Shown here: positions 22,960 through 36,425 of the stretch, piece after piece
Layout: the number at the start of each line of letters is the position of its first letter
How positions within the stretch are numbered: position 1 is the stretch's first letter
From: Kudoa neothunni
Lineage: Eukaryota; Animalia; Cnidaria
Assembly (NCBI GenBank): GCA_964304625.1
Contig: OZ199838.1
Coordinates: 3,794,705 to 3,858,704 of the forward strand
Direction of reading: 5' to 3'
Length of the DNA: 64,000 nt
Made by a program: the position numbers and the translations under genes
Notes under the pieces: model-generated
What the model was told of the DNA's origin: nothing
The model's input: only the letters and a program-made list of their open reading frames with translations
Database searches by the model: none

Positions 22960-25900
22960 CTGAGTGAAAATTTAGTACAAAATGCCGTGCTAAGAAGTGG
23001 ATAAACGAATCTGCGAGTATGTGCTGTTCCGGCGCTAAGGTTATTTTGGACACACTACATGATCCTCTTCATTTGCTACAAAGACTCCGAAATTTCAAGA
23101 CACTTGCTACAAAATATCCAAAGATACAACTGCGCTTTCCAGATGACATTTTCGGAGCGAACGTAGTTAGTAGGGACGGGTTCATGCCTATTTTTAAGGT
23201 TCACGGTCAAGTTTGTCATCGAATTGGATCGATATCCCCTTCTGAAAATAAGCAACCAAAATTCTTACAAATACATTTTATATAAGACATGCATTTGCAA
23301 GCTCAAAATCGACCCAACATGTATATCCAGCTTAGGTATGATGTAATTTTAGCCTTTTAATATATGTTACACAGGCGCAATAGCTACATCCACAGTTTTA
23401 AGTATACTTTAGAAATGTACCCGTCCTCCGATTTTAATATAATTATAAACGTTGACGAGCGTCCATAGGGAGAACACGAGAGAAGATACAATGCCCCAAC
23501 TTACAATGACGTGGCCATCGTAATGTCGGGATGAGCAACATTGTAGGAGGGATATTGTCTTGAGCAATAAAGACAACAGACTTCAAAGAATAGGTGAAAC
23601 ACACAGATCGTATGATGTATTGCAATCTCCACTAATTAATGTCTACGGTCAAGATGGTTACCATTTTCGTTTTCCACAGATTGGCACAAACAAAAGTGTT
23701 TCGAGTAAGGATTTTTATTCTTTTCATTTTATGGTAAGGAAAAATAGTTTTAACATGCTACATCGGCTTGGGACATTATTCCAACAATATGCTTTAGATA
23801 TGCTTGCGAAGATGGAATCAGAGAGACTTGATTTCATCAGAGCCGAACGAGATGAACTTCGTGTTGAATCTTCCATCATTTTAAATTGATAGCATTCGTA
23901 GAGACGGTGAAATAAATGGGGGATGGTTGTGAATTTTGCCGTCGACTTTTGTAGGTTCACCTCGCTATATGAACGTGAAGATGCAGGATGCCATGACCTA
24001 TTTCTATCATTTACATGTAATTCATTTTGGAGCGAAATTAATGAAGAGTTATTTCCTGACCAAGCACCTAAAGAGAGACCAGACATAGTCGCGAGAGTAT
24101 TCAACTTGTAATTAATTAAAATTTTGATGAATTTAATTCATAAATTGTAGGTTTTGGGGTGAAATTCAGTGTTATATGTATATTATTGAGTGGCAGAAAA
24201 GGGAGCTGCTACACGCTCATATATTGGTCTGGATGAAACAGAAACTGCGTTCCAAAGATATCGACCAATTCATATCGAGCGAATTACCAGACTCAAATGT
24301 AGATCCAGTATTGTAAGAACAACCATGGGTCCATGATCCTTGTGGTGCGTTGAATCCAGAAATCCTGTGCATGAATGATCAAAGAAAATGCACCAAAAAT
24401 TATTCCAGACTGACGCTGATGGGTATCCTGTTTACAGATGAAGACGACCTGAAGATGGAATTTTTCGGGCGTCAATTCATCTGAACAACAGTGGGGAAGT
24501 CATCATAGATAATAGGTGGATCGTTCCCTATTGTCCTTTCTTGACTGAGATTTTCAATGTCCATATTAATGTAGAGTATTGCCATTCAATCAATTCCATT
24601 AAGTACATATGCAAGTACGTAAACAAGGTTTCTGATGCCGCCATGTTTGTTGCTAATCAAAGAGATCGTTTGGATAAAGTTTCAAATTACCAGGCTGGTC
24701 ATTAGATAAACAGTAGCGAAGGATTTTGGAGATTCTTCGGCTTCAACATTCATAGTCATTTTCCAACCATAGAGCATTTAAGCGTCCATTTGGATAACGG
24801 TCGGCGTATTTATTTCACCGACGAAACTTTGTTGAATCGGTTACCAAATCCAAAGGACACGACATTAACCGCTTTTTATCAAGCTATGCTAGAACGAATT
24901 CGTTCAAAGTGTCCTCTACCATCTAGTCCCATCTTACTACATATGGAAGGATAATAGTCGGCGTCGGAGAAAAAGAGGTTGTCCAGTTGAGGGCCATCCA
25001 GACATACGATTCAATTATACAATAGGAAGAGTTTACAGTGTACATCCTGCACATCAAGAATGTTTTTATTTGATAATGTTGCTCCATTGTGTAAAAGGAC
25101 CTAAAAGTTTTGACGATCTTAAGAAGGTTGACGGTCAGGTATACCCAACATACCTTGAAGCGTGAATTAAAAATGGTTTGGTGGAGGTAGACAACCACTA
25201 GGAATGTATATTAAGGGAAGCTTCTCTTACCAACAGCCAATGTCAATTACGAAGATTATTTGCTCTGTTGATCAAAAATTGTGAAATGCGCCAGCCTCAC
25301 AAACTGTGATTACTTTTTAGGGAAGATATGTCGGAAGATTACCGGTATCAACTGCAACAAACCGGTTTAATGCCAAACGTGATTTTCAATTCTGACATTT
25401 TTAACATGCCCCCTAATTGACACAGAAAAACACTTTAATTTAAATGGGTGGAGGAATGTTAAATTCATACGGATTTCCTCCTTTGGACAGAACATTTGGC
25501 ACCCTCTTCCAAACGAAATTCAGAGAGAATTAGCCTACGACATTGAAGAATAATCATAGTTTGTAGAAATAAACGAGCCGAAACTGACGCCTGACTAAAG
25601 ATTTGCGTTCGAAACGATGTTGGGAAGCATTTATAACAATATAGGTTATTGTAACGTTTTTTTTCTTGGTGCATCAGGTGGCACAGGTAAGACATTTGCG
25701 ACAAATCTTTTATTGGCCTAATTAAGAAGAGATTCTAAGATTGTACTCGCTGCTGCATCTTCGGGGCATTGTAGCCACGTTATTACCAGGGGTAGGACCA
25801 CCCATACTAAGGTTAAGTTACCAATCGCGATTAAGGATGATGGAACCGACGTATGTGCAATCAGCAAGGGGTAGGTCTTCTCAATTGTTGGCTAGATGTA

Positions 25901-27910
25901 CGACCATCATATGGGATGAATGCACAATGACAAATAGAGTGGTTTTCGAAGCTTTAGATAGAATGATAAGCGATTTAACAGACGAAAACATTCCATTTGG
26001 CGGAATCACAATGGTTTTGTCCGGCGATTTTCGCCAGACACTACCTGTAATACCCAGAGATGCAAGATATGATCAAGTAAAATATTCCTTAAAGTTCTTT
26101 TCCTTATGGGCGCGCGTTTAAACCCTCCATCTCACCACCAATATGAGAGTGCAACTCAGCAAAGAAAGAAGGAGCCAGTCAATTCGCTTCAGAAAACTTT
26201 TACAACTCAAATTAGCTGTCAGAACGAACTATCTTAACCCCCACAAACCAATCCGTAAACAAAAATCAATGATAGATTGATCCATCTTATTCCTGGTGAC
26301 TCAATAGAGTACAAATCATATGACACTGTTGTGGACCAAAACCAGTATGTCAATTTCCCTGTTGAATTCCTCAACAGTCTAGACTCTAAAGCTTTCGAGG
26401 GTTCCTTCGCATAAGATTCTCCTAAAGGTAGGCACTCCAATTATATTGCTAAGAAATTTTGGATTCATCAAGGTTGTGTAACGGCACTCAATTAGTGGTA
26501 AAGTCGCCAATGTCTTATCTTATTTTGGCCACTATCACAATTGGTTGTGCCAGAGGGGAAGGTGTAAATATTCCGAGAATTCCGATTATTCATTCAGACA
26601 TCACCTTTAATTTTAGAAGACTGCAATTTCCCATCAAACAATGCTTTGAAATGTCCATAAACGAGACCCAAGGGAAATCCTTAAAAGTTGCCAATTTAAA
26701 TTTTGAGGAACCGTATTTTTCTCATGAGTAGTTGTATATCGCCATCTCCAGGGTAGGTTCCAAAGACAATTTATACGGGTTTTCTCCAAATGGTCCGACC
26801 AACAATATAGTTTATGGGGAGGTATTACAATAACTGACTATGTTATCATTTTCTTATCTTTATGGATCTTACTCGCCTATTTAAATTTAGTGTTTATTTA
26901 AATCTCATTCAAATTTATTTATATGAAACAATGTATCAGATTTATTTTTGGAGTGCGTTGTGGTAATTTCACAAAAAAATGTTTAATACTTCATTCTGCT
27001 GATCTAATTTTATGGGGACCATTAATCGTGACTTGGAGTGTTATATCAACTTCTGTTTTCTTCTTATGAGTCCGTCAGTATCTATCATTGTAATAGGATC
27101 AGAAGTTGGGTGGATTTCCTAAACAAGCTTAAAATGGTGGGTATAGCTATTTTGACGGTTAAACACATCTTGGTGTTGGAAAAATACGTACCTGTTCTGA
27201 AAATGTGTTGCTGATCAATTCTAAGCTTGCATATGCAAATCTTCCAAGAAATTCATTTTGTAAAAAGTCGGTTCGCCATCGTCTTAAAGCTACTACAAAT
27301 CCTGATTAAATGAGCGCGTTAGTTTTAAAAGTAGCTTTGAGTTTTTTTGTTTGCATTTTTCATGATCTTGTATGTGACGAAATTTCTTCGGTAAGCGTTT
27401 ATAAGATTTCATGGTAAAAATTTAATCTACCACATTGTTATAGGTAGGATTCAACTGAACAGGCCTATAAAAGAATTCAAATGAGAATTCGATTTCGGAT
27501 TCTATATCCCTTCATACGTTGACCGAATAGTTGTGTTCCGTCGTAATGCCTCAAGTATACGTCGATTTCTATTTGCTTTTCTTGGTTTCTTAAACCGCGG
27601 ATGCATCAAATAATGATGATGAGAATTAAACGAAATGAGATTCATTTGTTAGTATTATAGTTTCTTTAATATATTTAAATTAGGGGTTTTCTGTTTTTTC
27701 TTAAATATAATAACTACTTACATTATTATGTAAAATTTTGTTATGTTTCGTTTATGACTGTTTATGTCGCCTGGTAAATTTTCGGCAGATGTTATTAACG
27801 TTGAAACGTTGATTAAATTAAAAAATATAATTTAAAACATTTTTATTTCAATTTTTCCCCTGAATTAGATATTCCCAGCACCCCGATCGTATTCAGGGTA
27901 TTACAGCTAG
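22960..27910 (+). mobile_element. Helitron with decayed RepHel gene (~22960-26833) and 3' CTAG terminus
   Basis: Rep part: CCSGAKV, FKVHGQVCHRIGS, LFQQY..D, FLSFTCN..W.EI, RPDIVARVF, HUH motif EWQKRELLHAHIL (~24185-24230), SIKYICKYVNK. Pif1 helicase part: GGTGKTF, IIWDECTM, GDFRQTLPV, LCNGT, RLQFP, QGKSL, LYIAISRV. Many stops and frameshifts. Imperfect hairpin plus TTACAGCTAG|T at 27910. 5' terminus not located. Confidence 0.9.
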
Positions 27911-28471
27911 TATAAACTAAAAGTTATTGTATTCGCTAAGATATGTTTACAGGTAAATATAGATTAATGAGGATGAAGGTAACATCGATCCTCACCGTTC
28001 ATATTTGAGTCAATCAGAACTTTTGTAAACTAATTACTCAATCATAGTCATCAATCTCTCTTATTAAAATACACGAACGAGACATTACATGTAATAATTA
28101 GCAACAACTACGTGGCAAGACCACATAAACTGAGTTTAAAAGTAAAGTGGTCACAGCAATAATATATAATTGATTATTAGCAACTGTTAAGATGGTTCAG
28201 CCAAAATGTGTAATCAGACATTCATATGAAACACGGAAATAACATCACCACCCACCCCATTCACAATGTGCCTTCTTCGATGAAACTCGTCGAAACTCGT
28301 ATCAAAAACGACATATCCAAGTTTTATGATTAATGGTTTTAATTTGTTTCTAAAATCATTCATTAATTTTCATAAGTCATATTTTAACAAATTAAGTGGT
28401 TTGTAGATTAAAATATACCATCTAGCAATTATCGGACAAGTTCGGGGAACGTGCGTCTTCTGTGATTAGAG

Positions 28472-29218
28472 ATGGTAGGTTTTTGTTGTTGAATTTCTTT
28501 TGTTTAACAGTGATTTGTAGGGTGTTGATTGTATTCAAAGTCGTAAAAGTAGACCAACTCGCAAGGAGCCAAAATCTGGCAATTTGTACCAGTTGCTTCT
28601 TGTTAAGGTAAATGAGTTGTCGGTTACGTTGCCGTTTTCAATCAAAAACATTAGCTTTACAAATTGTTGTCAAGAAGAACATCTTCTTCCTTTAACAAAG
28701 TTGTTTTGAGACGACTTTGTATGTCGAAGATTCATAGACCAGCTGTTTCATTGTCCTCATTGGTATGACCGGTTTGTTGTGATATGTCACACGTTACTTG
28801 CAATTTTTAGGCAAGAAAAGTTCCTAAGGAGGAAAAGAACGTTAAAACAATGGTGGTTGTTGGAACTGTTACCAACGATGAACGACTTGTGGATGTTCCA
28901 AAAATGAGAGTAATTTGAGTGATCAATTGTGCTATTAATTAGTGGTTATTTACTGTGAAGGTTGTTGCGTTGAAATTCACAAAAGAAGCCTACAGAAGAA
29001 TTGTCAAGGCTGGTGGTAGCTGTTTAAATTTCGACTCTTTCGCAAGAGAAAACCCCACTGGTAAAAACACTTGTTTGATCCAAGGAAAGAGAAGCGCCAG
29101 AACCACCTGCAAATACTTCGGTAAAGCTACTGGTCTTCCTGGGAGCCATAGTCGCCCACGTGTTCAAAGTGTTGGACGTAAATTCGAGAATGGTCCACGT
29201 CGTCGAAGAATGCATTAA
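28472..29218 (+). CDS. RPL18: 60S ribosomal protein L18 (eL18); exons 28472-28474, 28521-28607, 28655-28762, 28811-28909, 28961-29218
   Basis: Spliced translation M|[29 protein letters not shown]|LYKLLSRRT...RPAVSLSSL|ARK...[16 protein letters not shown]|VVALKFT...GRKFENG. Four GT-AG introns of 46-51 bp. Confidence 0.95.
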
Positions 29219-29679
29219 CACTTTAATTAATCTCTTAGGATGTCTGTTATGCATTTATGAGTTCCGTTTTTTTCTAATGAATGCCTGAAGGCGCTCTAAT
29301 CAAGTTTTATGCACGTGCGAGTGATATTTCTTGGTGACCATTTCTCAATTTGTGGGAATTAATTGTGTACGTTGACTTGAAAGCGTTAGTTTTACAAAGA
29401 TCAGATGTAGGGATATTTCTGGAGGTTCTTAATGGATGAGTTCTAGTTCGACGCTAGACCCATTGGGAGTTTCGATAAATAAATGATATATTAAGCCGTA
29501 TTATTGTTTTGTAAATAATTTTTCCAATTACCAATATCAATTTTTTCACGCAAAAAGTATTTAAAATGTGATGAACTGAAAACTTATTTTTGTCGGTCTT
29601 TGTTTAAATACACTCTTTAATAGAAAATTTCGAATTATTTGGCAGTTGAATTATATAAAAACGATTATATATATTTAAT

Positions 29680-30150
29680 GGTTAAAATGTAGAGTGGTGG
29701 CCGTAATCGAAATCAGCGACCACGATAAGAATCGAACCTGTAGATTATTATTCTAATTTTTTGTATTTATCATTGTTTCACCACCAGTAGGTTATTTTCG
29801 ACACTGTATTTGTTGTCGATAATAGTGGCTGTAATATATTCGTTAAATAACTGCTAGCCCCTCGTAGTTATAGCCACAGGCCATACCATTTAATCGATGG
29901 AGTAGAGCATGCTTTATTTATCCTAAAATTTGAGTGTGACAACTATGATTTTTTATCGATTGTCGTATTTCATCATTAGCGATTGCCTATTATTAATTCT
30001 ATGTCTATAAGAATAAGAAATTCATATTTTCTGCAAGCATTAAATGTTCAACATAGTTCATGCTAATTTGTTATAAAAAATTCAGGATTAATCTACGAAC
30101 CAATTATAATGTTTAATCGAAAAATGTGACCACTATTCTACATTTTAACC
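29680..30150. mobile_element. 471 bp MITE with GG-initial TIRs and 8-bp TSD (Merlin-type)
   Basis: Left GGTTAAAATGTAGAGTGGTGGCC vs right (reverse complement) GGTTAAAATGTAGAATAGTGGTC, 20/23 match. Flanks TATTTAAT / TATTTAAA. Confidence 0.8.
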
Positions 30151-30369
30151 TATTTAAAATTTGTTCAGACGCATTAGAAAAAATCTCACGACTCAAATTT
30201 CAATTTAATTATGAAACTGGTTATTGGCACGGTTAATAATATTCAGGTGCCAGAAATAATTAAATATAGCAGATCCTACAAAATTAAATCTATAACCAGC
30301 TTGTAATTTGGAGTTACCGAGATTAAAAATTCTCATTGCGCAAATGGACCTGCATGCCTTTTAATTATT

Positions 30370-30950
30370 TCCATTTTCATAAATAAACACAATAGTTTCA
30401 GGTTTTGAGTCACTCAATTTTGTTTTCAACAGTGGAATTACACGGTTTCATAGATAGAAAATTCTTTCTGGATCAATACTCGCAGGCCTAACGTTAGAAA
30501 GTGTTTTACGAACCCTTTCTAAACGATCTCACATCATATCGTGCTTAACACAATTGGAAATCTATTTAGAATCCGAAAAATATGTTGAACTTTTTGGTTT
30601 TGGTCTGGATACGTAATTTGTCAAATCGTCTAAATTCATCTCAGATTCGGAAGTTTCATAATTCCGGATATGATCATTCGGTTCAATGAAATCAATTTCT
30701 CCTTCTAGCTCCAAATTTACAGTCTTCTGTAGAAAAAACTCTTCTTACAAATGTTTGAATCGAAGCTTAAAAACATAAATATATCGGGCCAAATGGTGCG
30801 ATGTTCAAAGCAGCGTTCGATAAATTTCATTTATAAATTTTCTGAAACGGTTCCGTCAATACGCGAGAGATCCTCAATTTTATTGGTGAGTATGAAGTCA
30901 CATCTGTTACATTTTGTTTATTCAATAACAAACTTAACAAGATAGTTCAA
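30370..30950 (-). pseudogene. hAT transposase C-terminal remnant
   Basis: Minus-strand TLSNVRPASIDPERIF...LKTKLSDSKPETIVFIYEN matches the hAT dimerisation domain pattern. Confidence 0.6.
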
Positions 30951-31312
30951 AATAGCAGATATTATTACTGTAATACTGATTAAAAAGCTTTTTCATTGTT
31001 AAAACACGTGCCACTCTTAAAAAGTTGTTTATTTTTTTTAAATATCGCGTCAATTAATATCAGAAGTTAATTTATATTAATTGAAAAATAGACTTGAAAA
31101 TCCGAAACGATCTTAACCCCTAATTCTTTGTGGATTAATAACTTCGCACAATTTATAGATTAAAATTTAAAAAAAGTCTAATAATCGAACACAACGAAAT
31201 AAAAAACAATCGAATTACACGCAAACGCAAGAAATCGCTCTACGTCGCAGCTGAGAAAAATCAAACAATTGAAAATAACCTTGTTCTATTTAATTTTTAT
31301 TATGAATGTTTT

Positions 31313-34300
31313 CGGTAATTATAAAGTCTGTGACTCCAGAAAATCTCCCATTCCTACGCGTTTTTTCACAATTATATTTATCAATGAAAAAGAATGTCGA
31401 GAGTAAAGATTCAGCTCATGAAATTAATTTCTAACTTATGACCAAATTTTGATTAAGGATAAATCCTCGCCACGTGTAGTCCATCTTATGTTTACAACAT
31501 GCATTGAAATTTGGCGTTTTTTGCAAACTTTATGACTTATTCATGGTATAAAATTGTCCGTACTATTTTAGTTTATTTCCTAACTTGACTAAATATACCA
31601 CGGGAAATTATATCATGGCGCACAATCGGCAATGGAGTTTTTGGTTTTTGGAGGAGATGATGATGATTTTTATTTATTAATAAATAATTATGATGAATTA
31701 TTCCAAACCTTGTTAACCAAAGATTACCTGGGAAATGCACTCAATAGATGTAAAAACTGTTGGAATTATGATACGTTTATAATAAGCAAACGCAAGCTAA
31801 ACATTTTGAGACTAGTAACCCAAAAAACATCATATGATAGAAATATGATGGAGCGTTCCTTTATTTTTATTTGTAAAAAGTATGCAAATATATTCCATGT
31901 AAATAAATTTAATTATATCTAGGTGTAAAACTAATATATCTCCCAGAATGGAAACCCTTTTTTCAACGATGGGAATAGTTGGTCCATCCCAAAATTTAAC
32001 ATTGAAACAAATTCTTAAAATTTTATATAATTGGTCCATGGATTCCACCATGTCGACATCCGCTGAAATGTCTGGCGTAAGTTGGCCAACTGCTTCCGTC
32101 TGGTATAAAAAAATTCGCGGGTTGTATCACTCTTCTTACGAAGCAAGACAAAGATTCGGAGGAAAAGGCTAAGTCATAAAAATTGACGAGTGTCTTCTAC
32201 ACGGGAAAAGGAAAAATAACCGTGGAAGATATCTAAAGGGTGACGTTTTCCACATGCCATTCTTTAGAGAAATTTTGTTCCCAAGTATGCTATGCATACT
32301 ATATATTTATTTCCTTTAGCAAAAAATTTATAGATATCGATGAAATAAGGGTGAGTGAGTAATTATCTTCCGAAATCGAGTTTGCTGATGTCTCTTTGAG
32401 AAGTACAGTAAGGCCTCGATATTGCGCACTAAATCGGGACCTGAGCTTTTACTGTCCAATATCAATGTTGTGCGCTTGCGCGGATAGATAAATTTTCCAT
32501 TTTTTAACGAAAAAATGATCTATTTTGTTTGTATTATTAAGTTAAAGATGTGGAAGGCATCGATTTTATATTATATATATGAACTTTTCTTCATCTTTCG
32601 CAAACTTTCATCAAGAGTTTTTAAAATATCATGAAGACAGTTGAAGACATCCAATCATTATTTTGATCGTTAATATTTAGCTGAGAATTCATAAATCCTT
32701 TAAAACAGGGATCTATTTAAATTTTCCAATTCCACTATGTGGGAATTTTATATTTATAAATTAAGCACCCTATAATTCTATTACATGTTTTTTGATTGTT
32801 TCATTTCATTTTAATTCAACTCCTTCTTTATGTTATGTGTTTGTTGAGTGCATTATTCTTAGGAACGAGCAGTCTCACCGAGATTTAATGTTTTATTTTT
32901 CATATCTACTTTTTACCTTACAAAATTTGATTACTTAATCATTAATAATATTATCATCAACTTTCTCTCCTTCTCCAGGAAGAGTGAATTTTTAAACAAT
33001 AGGGGATCTTAATATTTTTAAGGAAACCTTTTGTTCCACTTAAACTAGTGATTTAAGATCGTAAGCAAAAAGTCTTGCCTTATCAGTGATAAAAACTCTA
33101 GAATATTTGTCTTTTTTGGTGTTCTGACACAATCCGGCCATATAACGAAATTTGAAATTGGATGTATTTTTTTGTTTGTAATTTTTTTGCGGAGAGAATA
33201 ACATTGGAGTTCATTATATCACATGTATTAGACAAAATTCTATTCAGAGAAGGATAACTAATTTTAATTTGAATAAAATTCACAATAACAGAATTTATGA
33301 TATTCTATAGAGCCATAGAGTAACTTTGTGGCATTTCAGGTTGAGGTAATTGAATCATAATATTGAATAGTTCCAAAGTGTAATTTAGTGGATTAATCGG
33401 ATTGAAATTGAAGTCACCATTGCCTAATAGCAAGACCCTGAATTTTACAAAAAATGCATTTCTTGAATGTTATTCCGTACTTTTGGGTCTGGCACTAGAT
33501 TAGAAGACTATACACATCGAAAAGGTTACAGAAAATTGAAAAAAATGTCGACTACCCTATATCGAACCTCGCAATATCGAGACCTTATTGTATTTGATCC
33601 TTTCATTTGTATTTTGAACGTAAAATATAGCAACGGAAATTAGAAAGGAAAAGTATGGAAACCGTACTGATGGGTCATGGATATTTGGGCTATGGTTACG
33701 TAAACTTGACGACCCTGATATTAGAACTCTTGAAGAAGTCTGATACTTTTATGTAAAGCGATAAGATGCCAACACACTCCTGCCTATTATTGAAATCGAA
33801 GTGAAAAAAAGGCTCACAAATTTATAGCGATGAATGGGCAGCCTACAATGGTATAAGTTCCCTCGGATATAACCATATTCGAGTGAACCATTCTAGGGAG
33901 TTTGTCGGAAACGGTGCCCACACAAACACAATTGAAGCGTGTTGGGGGAGATTAAAACCGAAATTTCTCAGAATTAAAGGGAGTTTCCTTTGAAAATCTG
34001 CGTGAGTACCTAATAGAAGAATGGTTTCGATCATTCATGGGCTCAAAAGTAACTCCGTTAAATAATACTCTAACGAAAATTAGAATGCCTCATTAGTTTA
34101 CTCATTTGGATTTTTTGCATCAACGAGCCTTAAGGATGTCTTAATTCATCGCGTTAAAGTTTAAAAAATTTGAAATCACTATGTAATAATTATAAGATTA
34201 TTCTAAACCCATATATAGATTACCACGTAAATACTGCAAATCCAGTATCAAAATTTTTAAAAGATAATTTTATTACAAAAATTAGAATTTGAAAAGTTTT

Positions 34301-35251
34301 TTTGTTAATTTCATAATGTGCTTAAATTAATTGCGGAACGTTGTCAATTAATTATAGTATTCTAGGATATGCTTATCAATTTAATTCGATTTATTTTAAA
34401 AACTTACCTCCATTATTTACATGAAATTGAGATGAATTAGGTTGCCAAAGTCTATAAATTTTCAAAAACTTCGTGTATAGACTAATCATATTCTACATAT
34501 AGGTAAAAATTTGCTTATCATATTTATAATGCCATAGACCATTTTTATGATTCATTTATTCAAAATAAAATAAAAATATGTTTAATAATTTATTCCAGAA
34601 GGTTTTTAAGATAAAAAATTTGTGTTTTAAGACAAAATCCCTTAGATATAATATATAAGTGGAAACAGGTTTGAATCACTAGTGATGTTTTTACAGTATC
34701 TGTGATTATTTTCCATCCAAATTTTTTTGTGTTAGTTTAAACCACTCAACATTAATTAAAGAAATAAACAATACTTAAATCTTTGCATTTCGTAAGAATT
34801 GGAACTATTCTTATCAATTCAATATAAATGATACAAAAATAATAAGAAAACTAAAAAAACTAGTTAAACACAATTTTTTAAATTAATATAATGCTTATGC
34901 TCACAGAGCAAGAAATAAAATAGGTTATTTTATTGGACATAAGATATACCTTATTTTGCACGTAAATATATTTATTTTGTTCCATTTACTATATAAAAAA
35001 CATTTTGAGTTGTCTGATGAGGTAACTAAATTGATACATGCAACAAATAAAGGAATTTTCGATATTTTGTCAACATGAGGTGGATTATGCGCGGTGACGA
35101 TTTATCCCGAATCAAAATTAGGTCAAAATTTAGAAATTAATTTCATGAGCTGAATTTTTTCTTTTGATATTCTTTTTCATTGATAAATGTAATCGAGAAA
35201 AAACGCGTGGAAATGGGAGATTTTCTGGAGTCACAGGCTTTATAATTACCG
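31313..35251 (+). mobile_element. Merlin/ISXO2-like DNA transposon with ~200 bp degenerate TIRs; transposase pseudogene interrupted by a ~1.2 kb insert
   Basis: 31313-~31510 is the inverted repeat of ~35050-35251 (CGGTAATTATAAAG...). Transposase pieces: CKNC, GGKG*VIKIDECLLHGKRKNNRGR (~32160-32230), then GSWIFG, DANTLLPII, IYSDEWAAY, VNHS, AHTNTIEACW (~33660-33950). Confidence 0.88.
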
Positions 35252-36425
35252 CACAATGACCACACAAATTGATTGTCATAAAATAAGTGCATGGCGGTTC
35301 CTAAAAATTAATTTGATCTTTCATCATTACATATTCTTTTTTATGGATAAAACAATCAAAAAATTTAAAGCGAAAAACATCTGCGATCATAGCTAATTTT
35401 TGAGGTCACCGATAATACTATCAAAAAGAAAGCTTCAAGCGCATAATACCTGTTACCTATTTAAACAATATATCTGCATTACAGGATAAAATTCATCCTT
35501 GTACGATTGCTCAGCCACTGTCGAACAAAGTCGATCAGCGTAGGCAAATGCGCATTTCATTGTTTTAGATAGAGCCGCCAATAATGTAATCCCATTTTTG
35601 TTATTGGATGGCGTTTGGATCACACCAACTGGGAATTTCTCACGCAATTTTATCTGTTTAATATACAATTAGCTAATATTAATCAATTCACATCACTGTT
35701 TTCCATATTAGAGTATTGGTGTCAAAACATCACCCAATGCATTGGTTATATTAATTTCGATTAAAATGGGATGCTTGCAGCTTACTTTAATCACTATGCG
35801 CATTAAAATTATATTGCAGTAATATATCATTCATTTCTGATCTTAACGCACAAATACCGATATTATACCAGCCGAAATCGCCAGATTATGTTCCCAACTG
35901 ATTTCGAGTGAAACCGTGTAATTGTTCGAAAACAATTGAGAATATTCTTCTTTCATATTTTAACTAGAAAAACATTAATCGTAGAGTCTCGCATTAAAAT
36001 ATAAGTGAAGGGGCATAATAACAATTTTGTCGGCATTATCCTAAAGTAAGTGCTAATCGTCCAACAAGCAAGTTTCAAACAATACATTTGATTCTGTACT
36101 ATAAAATAAGTTAAATCTCTTGGCAACTAACGATAAGAATTGCTGTTAGACGACGAACCATTCCATCGAGAGTAAACAACGCCTAACTGTGATCAGTGAA
36201 TTGATATCGCATGCGCATTAGGCGGAATTATTGACTTGGAAAATTTTCGGCAATATACCTTCTGTTTGTTTAGTAGGGTTGGAGATTTTAGGTCGTTGTC
36301 AATACGTGAATATTTCAAAAGTGAGTTTATTCATACAATTCACTACTAATAGCCAATTTCAAACCTTCTACGATGCCACATTATCAGTATTGATCATTTT
36401 TATCGTAGTTATCAAATATTGAGAT

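Noticed and set aside
29340-29360. AATTTGTGG Sm-site-like motif suggesting U1 snRNA
   Set aside because: No ATACTTACCTG 5' end or U1 stem-loops nearby.
35400-36150. Possible gene divergent from TOP1 on the minus strand
   Set aside because: Splice-like signals exist, but I could not assemble a stop-free spliced frame or recognise a domain.
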